From Octopus vulgaris (Eukaryota): DNA of 64,000 nt. The stretch's first letter is position 1, and the number at the start of each line of letters is the position of its first letter. Shown in pieces: positions 1 to 14,243 of the stretch. The translations under genes were made by a program, and so were the position numbers. The stretch is taken from assembly GCA_951406725.2 (NCBI GenBank), contig OX597831.1, positions 26,288,001 to 26,352,000 of the forward strand. Direction: 5' to 3'. Below the pieces are notes generated by a model. That model saw only the letters and a program-made list of their open reading frames with translations. It did no database searches and was not told the origin of the DNA.

Positions 1-75
1 GATGATGATGATGGAAGCAGACAGACAGACAGACAGAGTGTACCTCTTTTAATTATTCAAATATATATTTTTCTT

Positions 76-480
76 TTGTTTTCACTTGATTACATCATTC
101 ATTAGACTGTGGCCATGCTGGGGCATCACATTGAAGAACTTACTTAAAAGAAATTAACCCCAGTACTTAATTTATATTTTTTAAAGCCTGGTACTTATTC
201 TATTTGACTCTTTTGATGAACTGCTAAGTTACAGGAACGTAAACACACCAGTACCAGTTGTCAAGCAGTAGGGGTGGGGTACAAACACAGACACAAAGAT
301 ACACATACACACACACACACACACACATGAATATGTATGACAGGATTTTTTCAGTTTCCATCTACCAAATCCCCTCATAAGACATTGGTCTGCATGAGAC
401 TACAGTAGACAGTGCCACAGTATGAGACTGAACCTGGAACCATGCAAGTGGGAAGCAAATTCCTTACCACACAGCCATAC
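76..480 (-). mobile_element. SINE type A, diverged copy
   Basis: Reverse complement aligns by eye with the 9252-9654 copy. Confidence 0.8.
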
Positions 481-1158
481 CATATATTTTTTTATAGGAA
501 CATCTGTGTTTTCAACCTGAAAGTTTACCTACTTAAGTGAAATTATCTCAGTCTATCAGAGATATGTTTTCAAGGCCCCTGAGACTCAAACTATCAATCA
601 AAAGAAATTTTTTTATTTATTGTTGTTCCTTTTTTTGTTGTTGTTGTTGTAGTTGTTGGATGCTCCTTGAAAATACTACTAGAGTGATACAGCTTTATCT
701 CTTATGTTATTGCCTTTATTGCTATCATCTCTCTTTATTAGTATTTATGCTGTATTAGCTAGTAGTGATCTTTTGATGAATAGACAAAGATTTTGTGAAT
801 GATTTGACAAGTTAATAAATAGTCCAAGATCAGATTGGTTTCTACACAAATTAAAATAATTATTCAAAGTATTATTTATTTTGTTTACAAAACAGCAGTT
901 TATCATTATTTTATAAAACTAAATAAATTTGCTTTCTTATTATTATTATCTCTGTTCGTTTTGTTTTGGAAAAGTAAACCTTTTTTATTAGTTGTCAACC
1001 GATGTAAAACTCTTATGAAGAAATAGCCCCATCATATTGATTTGTGTCAGTCCATTAGTCATTTAAATTTGCTATATTTTCATTTTCTTGGTAGATATAT
1101 ATATATATGTGTGTGTGTACTATGAGAATATAGCAAATTTATGTATATAACACACCCA

Positions 1159-1480
<322 letters not shown>

Positions 1481-2569
1481 GGATGTATCTATATTCATTG
1501 GTTCTCTGGTTTTCTGTATTGATTAAATTACTGGTGTAAAAATTGTTATATTGCTTTGAGAAATAATTCTATTTATCTAAACAATTTGGTTCTCTGAGAT
1601 CTTAAAGGAAACATCAAAGTATGTTTAATATTTATGATTTTTTTGTCCTTTGCATCAAAGTTCTTTGTGTGTGCCTGGTTTCTTAGTGAAGGAATTGTCT
1701 TTGAAAGAGTTGTCAATAACAGTGCCATCATATGGTAAGGTGTATTAGTCATCCTCTTGGAATACAATATATTGCGTACCTTACAGAAATTATAATAAAT
1801 TTCTATTTTAGTTTACTAATATCAAATTAGCTATGGTCCAGAGGATTTTAACAATTGAAGTTACTTTATAAACTTAGTAAGTACATTGACATTTAAACAT
1901 ATCAAGTAGTTCATAGATTTGCTGTAAGGGATAGAAAACTTTAAAAATTTTGGTTAGAGCCCTTCATCGGAGACAGATATATGGTTTTTTATGGTATGGA
2001 ATAAATATATATTAAGTGTAGGGAGACAGATCATCATGCCAAACCAATTTACTCCACTTTGTCTAGACTCGCTATTTACTTGTGCAGACCATCACTATTT
2101 TTTTTGTGTCCTACTCTATACTTAATTGTGTAAGTATATGTCAGCCTTTCTCAGATGATAACAAACCAAAAATTTGGTGCTTACCTCTTAGTTATTATGC
2201 CTGTGTGAGAAGGTGAACTCCAAACTTGAAGCTAACAAATCAACTGACAATTTTACAGTATACAATTACATAATTAATGATTACAAATTAGGGTTACTAA
2301 GAATCTACTTTTGAAATTCTCATCTTGTTGTGGAAGATTGTTTTGAACTCTTTTCACAATACTGGTGACAGATGTCACTCTACAGTTTTCAATATTTTAT
2401 TTATCACTCTTATAGTCATATCAATAAATGGCTCCAATTTTCTCACATATTTTCTCTTGACCCATACAGTTTTAAATATTATGAGTGACAATAATAACAA
2501 TGTGCTCTCCTCCTAATTTCAGCATTGATAACATTTATCCTACAGACTTAATAGCTTTTCATTCTTATA

Positions 2570-2821
2570 AATAAAACAAATTTTAAAGCCTAGCCAGACT
2601 CATGGGCCCGGTTTCCCGGTTTCAATGGCGTATGTGTTCCCCAGCTGGACAGGATGCCAGTCTATCACAGCGTTACTCATTTTTGCCAGCTGAGTGGACT
2701 GGAGCAACATGAAATGAAGTGTCTTGCTCAAGAACACAATGCGTCGCCCAGTCCAGGAGTCAAAATCACAATCTTACGATCATGGTGCTGACACCCTAAC
2801 TACTAAGCCATGTGCCTCCAC
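2570..2821 (-). mobile_element. tRNA-headed SINE type D (CORE-like body)
   Basis: Reverse complement of the 37304-37553 copy; 13-bp target-site duplication (TSD) tttcattcttata at 2557-2569 and 2822-2834. Confidence 0.85.
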
Positions 2822-2980
2822 TTTCATTCTTATAGTCTTACCTATTTCTTCTTTTGCTAGTTCTGTATGAACACACCATCCAAGATTTGTGATATTAATT
2901 TTGTATATAGTCAGAATTTTATGTTAAGATGTTTTGAAATTACCTTTTCAACAGTGACGTGTCTCAACTGTGTTTATATA

Positions 2981-3379
2981 CTCTTTTACTTGTTTCAGTC
3001 ATTTGACTGTGGCCATGCTGGAGCACCGCCTTTAGTCGAGCAAATCGACCCCAGGACTTATTCTTTGTAAGCCCAGTACTTATTCTATCGGGCACTTTTG
3101 CTGAACCGCTAAGTTATGGGGACGTAAACACACCAGCATTGGTTGTCAAGCAATGTTGGCAGGGACAAACACAGACACACAAACATATACACACACATAT
3201 ATATATACATATATGTGACAGGCTTTTTTCAGTTTCCATCTACCAAATCCACTCACAAGGCTCTGGTCAGCCTGAGGCTACAGTAGAAGACACTTGCCCA
3301 AGGTACCACGCAGTGGGACTGAACCCAGAACCATGTGGTTGGTAAGCAAGCTACTTACCCCACAGCCACTCCTACGCCT
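2981..3379 (-). mobile_element. SINE type A, full length
   Basis: tRNA-like head (TGGCTGTG.GG...GGTTCAGTCC), CCTTGGGCAAGT CORE-like block, internal (TA)/(TG) tract, GAAACAAGTAAAAGAG tail. Confidence 0.9.
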
Positions 3380-3716
3380 ATAGTCTATATAGATCCAAGT
3401 CAAGCTTGAATGTTTTCCCCATTCTCTTGATATACTGAACACACAACCCTAAATATCCATGATCTTTGATAAATTGGAAATATCTGCATAATAGTTAGAC
3501 CAAAACATGTTTAAAAAAAGAAGGTATAAAGTGCCATATCCTGTCACTTAGAAAATATTTCAAAAACTGTTTCATTATCTTTCTGTGAATCTTTTATAAG
3601 ATTCATACTAAACAGTTATCAATATTCATCAATATTCAGTATGTTAATATTTACATCGTTCAAATTTATTACTTTGCCTTATGGTAATAGTTTGTCATTT
3701 TAATTGATCAATGAAT

Positions 3717-3980
3717 ACTCTTTACTCTTTTAATCTTTTACTTGTTTCAGTCATTTGACTGCGGCCATGCTGGAGCACCACCTTTAGTCGAGCAAATCGA
3801 CCCCAGGACTTATTCTTTGCAAGCCTAGTACTTATTCTATTGATCTCTTATGCCGAACCGCTAAGTTACGGGGATGTAAACGCACCAGCATCAGTTGTCA
3901 AGCAATGTTGGGGGGGGGGGGAACAAACACAGACATACAAACACACACACACGCATATATATACATATATATATATATAT
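3717..3980 (-). mobile_element. SINE type A, 3' half
   Basis: Near-identical to the tail half of the 2981 and 9252 copies; stops in the internal microsatellite. Confidence 0.85.
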
Positions 3981-4363
3981 AAGACACTCCTCTTTGTATC
4001 CTTTTTGCAATTTTGCATAGGCCTATGAGCAGATATCGCCATGACAACTTTCTGTGTCATGAACAATGTGACGATCACTCACTACACACCTTCCTTCCAA
4101 GCACTGCTCTAAGCAGCAGAAGTGAGCAAGAACACTAAAACTTAGTGCACGTGCGCAGTAAAGTTCAAGGTCAATCTTTGCTGAGCAGCTTCACTCTCCA
4201 TGCTTTATCTTTGTTACTATGGCAACAGTCCGGATACTTATTGATCGGACTGCATACATTGATTATATTAATTATACTGATAATAATTGATCAATTGTTT
4301 AATCTGTTGTATATCACAAATTAATTGCCCACTCATAACTAATTATCTGCACTTGGACAAACC

Positions 4364-4547
4364 AGATCTTTACCTTTTGACCTACAGATTTAAATAATAA
4401 TTTTTTGTAATTAAACACTTTCAAACTTTGGACACTGGTAGAATGTGTCATATAAAGCCTGCTTTACTCTTAGCAGTTTTGAGAAAAACTTATATTTACG
4501 AAGTAATTTCACTTTAAAGTTCTCTGTAGGTCAAAAGGTAAAGATCC
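4364..4547. mobile_element. MITE with 24-bp TIRs and 8-bp TSD (hAT- or Merlin-like)
   Basis: gatctttaccttttgacctacaga (4365-4388) and its exact reverse complement (4523-4546); TSD gacaaacc at 4356-4363 and 4548-4555. Confidence 0.85.
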
Positions 4548-5309
4548 GACAAACCTAACTCTACAGTTATCCGAGATCATCATCCTCTTTGTGTCAAAAT
4601 TACTGCACTGAGGATTAGACTTAGAACTATGGAATCTCCATTCTAACTCATGAGTTTATTAACATTCGTTTTACTCTGTACTGACCATATTGTAACAGTA
4701 GGTGATTGTGGGAAAGCATAACACGAAGGGACAATTCTCAAATGGTTTACTGACATAATGTGTGATGAGCAGTCTCTGATAATATAAAAATGCTGTTAGA
4801 TTGTTGTCCTATTGACCAAACAATCAACAGTCCAAATGCTATCACAAACACTGTTCTGCCCCTTGACACTTGAGCAAGATGCACAACCCTAAATGGCACA
4901 GTAGTTGTGAATAGGGAAGGCAATAGAGGCAGTGTGTCATTGCCAGGTGTTTCATTAGAATGCAATGTTAGTCTTAAACATTCTCATAGATTAATGGAAA
5001 AAGCACCGAGAAGTCAATCCAGTGTATTTACTGATGAATTCCTATTTGAAAATGAAGACTTCAATGATACCTCAAAGACCCTATAATAGGTTCCAATACA
5101 TTAGTTATAAAGAGATAAAATGCTTCATATGGAAATGTACTTCTCTACCGAGTGTCTCAGCCAGACGGAGGAGACAATTATTCAAATGGAATTACCATAA
5201 ACTATTCATGAAAGCTAATATTTTCTTTTAATGATTCAAAAAAATGGAAACTCCCAATTTCATTTTTGTTTTATATTGTTTTTGAAACTGTTAGTTACTT
5301 GTATCAATA

Positions 5310-5340
<31 letters not shown>

Positions 5341-5350
5341 TATTATTATA

Positions 5351-5402
<52 letters not shown>

Positions 5403-5404
<2 letters not shown>

Positions 5405-5616
5405 GGCGGCAAGCTAGCAGAAACGTAAGCATGCTGGGTGAAATGCTTAGCAGTGTTTCATCTGTCTTTACATTTTGAGTTCAAATTCCGCCGAGGCTGA
5501 CTTTGCCTTTCATCCTTTCGAGGTCAATAAATTAAGTACCATTTGCGTACTGGAGTCGATCTAATCGACTGGCCCCCTCCACCAAAATTTTGATCCTTAT
5601 GCCTAAAGTAGAAAAG
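5403..5616 (+). mobile_element. SINE type B (Nin-like GCCTTTCATCCTTTCG.GGTC.ATAAA domain)
   Basis: Matches the copies at 13348, 28250, 30600, 30815, 36610, 40885 and 42381; sits between (TTA)n tracts. Confidence 0.85.
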
Positions 5617-5671
<55 letters not shown>

Positions 5672-5674
<3 letters not shown>

Positions 5675-5781
5675 GTTTGACTTTTGCTTAGTATTTGTGC
5701 AAGTTGACTCCAAGTCTCACCAAGAGACATCAAGTTAGAAGTTCAAGTTGGTGTAATGCCTATGGTGCTATATATTTGGTT
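5672..5781 (-). mobile_element. 3' UTR fragment of R4/Dong-like LINE with (TAA)n tail
   Basis: Similar to 32460-32580; adjoins (TTA)n at 5617-5671. Confidence 0.65.
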
Positions 5782-7604
5782 GTGGGTAACCCCTACTCTA
5801 AACTTTCAGGCATTGCACCTTTAGCAGCAAGGATTCTTCTTCTTATTATTATTATTATTATTATTATTATTGCTATTGTTATTGTTAAGGCAGTGAGCAG
5901 ACAGAATTGTTAGCTTAGTGGATGAAATGCTTAGTAACTTCCAATCAGTTAAGATCAGAAGCCATGAGAGCCACTGCCTGGTACTACATCAGTATCATCA
6001 TCATCATCATCATCATTATATTAGCACAACAAACAAAATATTTAGCAGCAATTTGTCAATCTATATGTTCTAAGTTCAAATGCTGCCAAGGTCGAGTTTG
6101 TTTTTCATCCTTTCAGGGTTGAAAAAATATGTATCAGTAGAGTGTTGAACTCAGTATAATATATTTGTTGTTGTTGTTATGAACTAAATTTCTCACCATT
6201 CTCCCCAACCTGTTGAAATATCAAAACAGGGAATTATATTAAAAAAAAAAGGAAAAAAAAATAATTAACATTTTATTCAATTAAAACTAATTAAACTACC
6301 CAGGAAACAATTTGTTTTCATGCAAGTTTTCATACTAAATAGTAACCTAAAATATAATTGTACGTTTGACACACATCTTGGAAGATATTGACTCTTATGA
6401 GTTAAGTTATAACTAGAAATTCAATACAACATCTATAGAAAGGGTGGCAGTTAATATTACAACACCTGTTACTATATATTGATTGAAAAACAGCTGTTTG
6501 GTTATCTATCCATTGTTGCATGGATGAGATAAGCTGGTGGTCAGGTTTGTCTTAATTAATTTATATTTCTTAATTATTTTTCTGCTTAATTTCTCTCACT
6601 AATTTCATTGTTTTATGCACCAATCTTTCAGCTTATTTTCTATTAAGTTATCATTCTGTAATGTCTTACAAGAGCAGAGTAAAAAGAGCAAAACACACAC
6701 ATGTATATCAATTAATAAATTAAAATTCACACCTCTTTGTCACCAGTGCCTTATCATATTGAACATTACAACGGGTAAAAAATATACTGAATTTTAACAA
6801 CTGGTTATTGGCACTGCTACGGCAGAGTAGAATCATGAAATATATATATATATATATATAAATTTTCACATGTATATGAGAAAAAGGGAGGGCGTGTGTG
6901 TATGGACGGTAGAGTTTATAATAGTGGGAGAGTCAGAAATGTGTTTATGTAAACATAAGATATAGATATAATCTAACATTGAAAATGAGAAATAGATTTA
7001 TGATTTTATATCAGATAACAGTGGTATTAATATCATAGTAAATCTCCAGCATACAGGGATGTCTTGAACACTGCTGTTCACTATAATTAACTGATAAATA
7101 TCACTAGTTATATATCCTTGTTTTTCTCTGTGATCTATCATAATTTAATGATAGCCTGATAACTTCTAGCACCTTTAATATATTTATACAAGCATAACGC
7201 TTGTAGTTAAGTGAACTGAAAAGACAACTAAGTTACATACAGCTTCTCTATTTAACAGCTGCTAGTCTGTTGATAAGAAACTAGTGTAAATTGTCTATCT
7301 GTATCAGACAATATCAGCTGATAACTTGCTTTTGATTTCATCGCAGCATGTGCATGCAACACTTATATATATCTATACATATATATGCGTTTTTACTTCA
7401 ACTACATAAATCTGCATAACACCTTAAAGTATATATAGTCACAATAATATACACATAAACTGTTCTTTTATTCTTTAAGTAGTGTAGTCATTGAACTGTA
7501 GCAATGCCTGGACATTGTACTTATTGCTGGTATTTGATTTTGTTTGTTAATCTGTATTTGTTGACCTAATGAAACACAACATAAACGCTAACATGCAAAC
7601 AAGT

Positions 7605-7629
7605 ATATGTATATATCTGTGAATGTGTG

Positions 7630-7675
<46 letters not shown>

Positions 7676-7767
7676 TATATATATACACATACATATATAT
7701 ATACACACATATATGTATCTATATATACATATATACATACATACATATATATATATATACATATATG

Positions 7768-7815
<48 letters not shown>

Positions 7816-8009
7816 CATATACCAATATATATATATATATGTGTGTACATATACATACACATGTATATACATATACATATACACATATCTATATACATAT
7901 GTATATAATTAAGAGAAATAACCACTATTAAGTAGTTCAATTGATAGTGAAAGATACTATTTATATTAAATCAATTGAGATATATTATAATAAATATTAT
8001 TCTAAAAAT

Positions 8010-8044
<35 letters not shown>

Positions 8045-8080
8045 GATGATATACACATACATATATACATACATATATAC

Positions 8081-8115
<35 letters not shown>

Positions 8116-8206
8116 GATGATATACTCATATATATATATATACATACATATATACATAATATATATATATATATATACACACATATATATACATGCATAT
8201 AGATAT

Positions 8207-8253
<47 letters not shown>

Positions 8254-8395
8254 CATATATACATATATATATACATACATACATACATATATTCATATAC
8301 ATACATATGTACATATATATATAAACATGCATAAGTATATATACATACATATATGTATATATACATACATACATATATGTACATACATATATATG
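7605..8395. repeat. Compound (TA)/(CA)/(TACA) microsatellite fields
   Basis: Read directly. Similar fields at about 15520-15990, 21580-21685, 35315-35610 and 47920-48400 produce the YI/HT/CV-repeat ORFs. Confidence 0.95.
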
Positions 8396-9251
8396 TCACT
8401 AAAGCAACCGAGGGCACTAGTCAACACGTATATATTCTTGAATTTCAGTTGAAAAATTGCTTTCAAGCCACCCTTACACACACATACACATACATACGTG
8501 TGTGTTTGTTTGTGTGATAGAACACGTGTTACACCTGAGCCATATGGATGTGAAACAAACTGCTTGACTGCACAATAATATGCACCCATACATATATATA
8601 TATATATATATCAATTTTTCATATCATGAAGAAATATGTGCAGTTATGCACACACCTACATATACAATATAATTTATAAATTCCTTATATTCCATTGCAA
8701 CATTCAAGCAAATGATGATAGTCATCATATATGAGAATTTTAAGTTTGGAATGTATTTTATGATATTTCCACTGTGAATAGACTGTAATCTTTCACAGGT
8801 AACAAACCAGATTATTAGTTGAATGCAGTTCACACATTCCACGTGAATGTGGCATCTTGTACCTTCTGCTGATTAAATTTTGTAAACTTTTATTGAGAGA
8901 AAAAATGCAGCGTAGATGTTTACAATTTTGTTATTGGAATCCATCTTTATCTGCCACAATATTTTTTCAATATTTATTCAATATTTATGTTTTATGATTT
9001 ATTGATAGAATAGTAATTTCTCTCCATCTCTTCTTATCATATTACGCTTCCCCCATGAAGCCTAATGGATTTTTCAATAGTAAATATTCCACCAATGAAT
9101 ACTAGAATGTCTATTGGTCTGTTGTTCATTCAACACTAACAAATATGATGATGAATGTGTTTCTCTGAGAAGGTTTAATAATACTGAAACACATCCACAG
9201 TTACCTCCCGTATTTGCTGAAATGATTAAAGTAATATTAATTATTGGAACT

Positions 9252-9654
9252 AGGTGCAGGAGTGGCTGTGTGGTAAGTAGCTTGCTTACCAACCACATAG
9301 TTCCGGCTTCAGTCCCACTGTATGGCACCTTGGGCAAGTGTCTTCTACTATAGCCTTGGGCTGACCAATGCCTTGTGAGTGGATTTGGTAGACGGAAACT
9401 GAAAGAAGCCCGTCGTATATATGTATATATATATGTGTGTGTGCGTGTGTGTTTGTCCCCCTAGCATTGCTTGACAACCAATGCTGGTGTGTTTATGTCC
9501 CCGTCACTTAGCGGTTCGGCAAAAGAGACCGATAGAATAAGTACTATGCTTACAAAAGAATAAGTCCTGGGGTCAAGTTGCTCGACTAAAGGCGGTGCTC
9601 CAGCATGGCCGCAGTCAAATGACTGAAACAAGTAAAAGAGTAAAAGAGTAAGAG
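9252..9654 (+). mobile_element. SINE type A, full length
   Basis: Head aggtgcaggagtggctgtgtgg, CORE-like block, internal microsatellite, (taaaagag)n tail. Confidence 0.9.
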
Positions 9655-9929
9655 TAGTGTCATTTTTTCATTATTGTAAAATTACTTCTCACTCCATGAA
9701 ATATATTTTAATATCAATTTAACTATTAAATGGTGAATTGGCAAAAATATTACAGTTAAACATGATGTCTTGCTCTTTACATTTTCAGTTCACATCCTTT
9801 TGATATCACATCTCCCGTTTATCCTTTTAGAGTTGACAAAACAAAATATCAGCCAAATACTGGGGGTTATGCAATCAGCTGACCTCCATGTTCAAAATTT
9901 CAGGCTTAGTTCCTATATTGTGAAGCTTT

Positions 9930-10158
9930 GTGGCTTAGTGGTTAGGAAATTTGGCTCCCAATTGTAAGGTCGTGAGTTCAATTCCCAGCAATGCATTGTG
10001 TCCTTGAGCAAGACACTTACTTCATGTTGCTCCAGTCCACTCAGCTGGCAAAAATGAGCAGTACCTTTATTTCAAAGGGCCAGCCTTGTCACATTCTGTG
10101 TAAAGCTGAATCCCCCTGAGAACTACATTAAGGGTACATGTGTCTGTGGAGTGCTCAG
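9930..10158 (+). mobile_element. tRNA-headed SINE: type D head/body with the tail of the 14247 element
   Basis: A box tggcttagtgg, B box agttcaattcc, ccttgagcaagacactt, then gtacct.tatttcaaagggcc..gagtgctcag shared with 14445-14542. Confidence 0.8.
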
Positions 10159-10159
10159 T

Positions 10160-10350
10160 AATTTTGGCAGAGGAAATAAGTTAATTGCATCAAACCTCAG
10201 TGTTCAACTGGTACTTATTTTATCGACCCCTCCCCCACCCAAAGGATGAAAGCAAAGCTGATCTCAGCAGGATTTGAAATCAGAACATAGCAACAGATGA
10301 AATGCCACTAAGCATTTTGCTCGACATGCTAACAATTCTACCAGCTCACC
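10160..10350 (-). mobile_element. SINE type B, diverged
   Basis: ctggtacttattttatcgacccc...ccagctcacc is the reverse complement of type B. Confidence 0.75.
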
Positions 10351-10384
10351 ACATTCATAACAACAATAATAATAATAATAATAA

Positions 10385-10415
<31 letters not shown>

Positions 10416-11161
10416 AAGAAGAAGAAGAGGATACATTCTGTAACAAGTAGAAATTTTGAGTAAATATGAAGATCAAAAGTAGCTGTTATTTCAAATATCC
10501 TCAACTAATGCAATATAGGAATACTGAAAAGAAGGTTTTAATATTGATCATGAGGTTACTGGGTTATTGATCCCCCAAGGTTATTATATTATTGATCACT
10601 TGAATATAAAGTTAACACTTACTACTATAAAGCCCTCGCAAAACACCAAACTATTTATATGTTAGGCTTATTGACTCCAGGTTCCTTTCTCACCTTGCAG
10701 TTTACCAGTAGAAGAATATGAAAGCCATCATATTGTTAAAACAAATGTTTTAATAATTGAGAAATGTGCAAATTTTCTAAAAAAAAAAAGAAAGAATATT
10801 GAAGCATTAAAAGTAAAAAAAAAATAACCCCCAAAAATAACATTTACTCCCCTCCCCCTAGTAAACATGTTAAAGTTATCCTGGATTTTGATGTGGCATA
10901 CCAACTCACCATATCTGGTCAAACAGTACAACCCATGCCAGCATGGAAAACGGATTTTAGATGATGATGATGATGATGATGATAATATGTCCCTGTTTGT
11001 TTTAAGAAAGTACAACATTCCGGTAGCCAACCTTTTTTGTTAAAGACAATGGTTCAAAAAAATCTTATCCAATTCTTGCTCCTGTGGAAGAGAAAACACA
11101 GAAATGATGCATGGATGATGATGACAAAAGAAAATGAGAATCATGTATTTTCAAAGACAAT

Positions 11162-11419
11162 AGGCACAGGAGTGGCAGTGTGGTAAGTAGCTTGATTACC
11201 AACCACATGGTTCCGAGTTCAGTCCCACTGCGTTGCACCTTGGGCAAGTGTCTTCTACTATAGCCTTGGTTCGGGCCGACCAAAGCCTTGTGAGTGGATT
11301 TGGTAGACAGGAACTGAAAGAAGCCCGTCATATATATGTATATATATATGTGTGTATGTGTTTGTGTGTCTGTGTTTGTCGCCCCAACATCGCTTGACAA
11401 CCGATGCAGGTGTGTTTAT
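11162..11419 (+). mobile_element. SINE type A, 3'-truncated
   Basis: Aligns to 9252-9500. Confidence 0.85.
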
Positions 11420-13347
11420 TTATCTAGTTATATATCTAACTATTAAGTTATATTCTAAATAGACAACAATTCAATGTTCACTTTTGTGGGATTTAAACTC
11501 AGAACCCAGTTTTCTGCTTTCTCAGACATTCATCACACATTCTCCATCTGTAGACACAAGGTTGCCCTAAAACAACATCTTCCTCATATCAGAAACTGCT
11601 ATCATCCACCACAGATGGGATCGAACATGCTATAAATCTGAAATATCTAAACATCTTTGCTATTATCTGATGGGGTGCCATTTTAGCAAATATTAAATTT
11701 TTGTTTCACAAAGGAAATAATAAATTACTGTGTAATCTGTTTAAATATTGAATTGCCCTAAATGGTGTGCCAGCTCTATTGAAATATCACTTGGAAAATA
11801 TTTACTTTCATAATTCTCTCTTTTACCATCTCTCCATACAATTACATCTCATACAAAAACAACTTTCAATCATTATATTTACAATAAAGATTTTCCTATA
11901 AGCATAAATGTCTAATTTATGAAAATTCCTTATGGTTATGTATTTTCAAAATACTTGAGTGTTTTTAATACTTGTTTTCTTTGCTTTTTTTTTCCTGGAA
12001 TTATTTTCTTTCTTTTCTATTGGAAAAATAGAAGTAACTATAATTGAATTTTACTTCCAATGATTTTCAAAGCAAAAAGTCCCATCTGCTACCTATCTTT
12101 AATACCCTCTGAGACATGTCACAAAGACCAAAAGTGCTACATTTACTTTTATTATTGATAAAATAAATTGCCTCTTCCAAACAAACTATTTTATCGAAAT
12201 ACAAAACAAATTCATAGTTATATCACAAAAAAAATGAAAATACTGATCTTCCTCCACTGCATTATCATCATTATATCAAAATCTACTTTTCTTGTTCATA
12301 AGGAATATCGCATCATTATATCTTTATCAAGCCTGCATCATTTCATCTAAGCACCATGACTCTCTGATTAAGCTACCTTCATCTGTCATTACTACTAAAT
12401 TACAATCTGTGGTGGATTACCTTCGTCGTTTTAAATTTCATCTTAGTTGGAAGCATAACATATTCACTGTAAGAAAATTGTCAGCAGCCTGACACTTTAA
12501 CCAAACAACCACACCCACAGCCTTGTGTGTGTGTATGCATGGATATGTAACAATGAAGACGTAAACGTAGATTAATTGTTTGGGAAACAGATTTTTCTAT
12601 TTTGTTTTCTGTGAATATTTTTGACCTTAATCTTTTCCTGCACTCATCCATATACAAAACAAGGTCATCTTCAGCACAATTGCACACATCTCGTGGTGTG
12701 TTTGCCATTGCAGTTTACATAACTGGATTCCTTGTAATAGAGAGCATGCATGCACATATACACATATATATATATACATGTATCTATGTGTGCATAGTTA
12801 TATTGTAAATTAAAGTGGTTTATCTCTTCCATGCTATCACTTATTAATAATATTCCTTATAATTATAAAGCGGTAGCAAAACTGCTTGTTGCATGCATGG
12901 AGTCTAATATTGAACTGAACACAGTTCAATGGATTAATTCCTTTCAATTGATAGTGACATTATTTGTTAAGAAGATAGAACATTTCACCTATGATGAAGC
13001 ATTGATGAGTTCCTTTATTTCCAAAAAGCTTCGTTGTACAGCTGTTCCTCTTTGATACTTCAAGCTACTGAAGCAGCTTGTTTATTCAGGCAGAAGAGGA
13101 AACACAAACGAATAATCAGCAACGTCACTTAAATTTAGAATATCTTTTTCCTTGCAGCTATTTCCAATACGTATCTTTTCCTTCTTTTCGTTTTAATGTC
13201 TGTTTTCCATGCTGGCATGTGTTGGATGGTTTGCCAGGAGCCAGTCTGCCAGATGAAGAGCTGCCCAGGTTCCATGTCTATTTTGGCATGGTTTCTATGG
13301 CTGGATGCCCTTCCTAACACCATCCACTTTGCAATATGTCCTGGGTG

Positions 13348-13573
13348 TGAGCTGGCAGAATCATTAGCACACCAGGTGAAATGCTTAGCAGTATTTCGTC
13401 TGCCATCACGTTCTGAGTTCAAATTCCACTGAGGTCAACTTTGCCTACCATCCTTTCGGGGTCGATTAAATAAGTACCAGTTATGCACTGGGGTCAATGT
13501 AATCGACTTAACCCCTTTGTCATTCTTTATTTGTCCCCTCTATGTTTAGCCCCCTGTGGGTAATAAAGAAATA
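13348..13573 (+). mobile_element. SINE type B nested in a minus-strand type C element
   Basis: 15-bp TSD aatatgtcctgggtg at 13333-13347 and 13574-13588; host type C sequence at about 13188-13347 and 13574-13700. Confidence 0.9.
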
Positions 13574-14243
13574 AATATGTCCTGGGTGCTTTATGCAGCA
13601 CTGGCAGGGTATTTTTATACTTGTCCAGGTGCTTTTTATGTGGCACCCATGAGCCCATAAGATCAGCTGAAGAGGGATGCAGGGGACATGCCTGTATGTA
13701 AGGACTACCATGATTTTACATGATGTGTCTTCTCAAGTACAGCAGACTGCCAGGAGCCTCAGTCCCCTGTCATCCCCTTTGTGAGGCCCAACGCTTGATC
13801 TTTACCAAAATTACTATTTGTATGCGTGGGAAGGCAATGATTACAGCTCGGCTCATTTTGATCAATTTTAGCCTTGCCTATAGAAACCCCAAATTTTGAT
13901 CCTTCACTTCTCTGTCTTTGTATAACACTAATCAACTGATATATTAATATCCTTTCATTACCATATGAAATATTTGTCTGTTATGTTCAGAAACAACTAA
14001 TCCTAAAACAGGCAAACCCATTGTGGCTACATAGTCAAGAATATGCTTAATTTGAGATGAAAGAGAAACTCACACATATATATTCAAATCGTCATTATAC
14101 ACCAAGATAAATACCAAGCAGGAATGTATGAAAGGTTAAAGCATTTTTTCACTGATAATATTATATCCTTTTTTAATTCTGATATAATAGAAAATATAAT
14201 TTTTAGCTGCACTTTCTTTTTAAATATTTGTATTGAAAATTAT

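Noticed and set aside
1661-1734. Plus-strand exon candidate ending TATG|gtaagg
   Set aside because: Weak acceptor, no in-frame start for phase 1, no homology.
12991-13071. C/D box snoRNA-like ATGATGA...CTGA spacing
   Set aside because: No terminal stem and no recognisable rRNA or snRNA guide; these boxes are common in AT-rich DNA.
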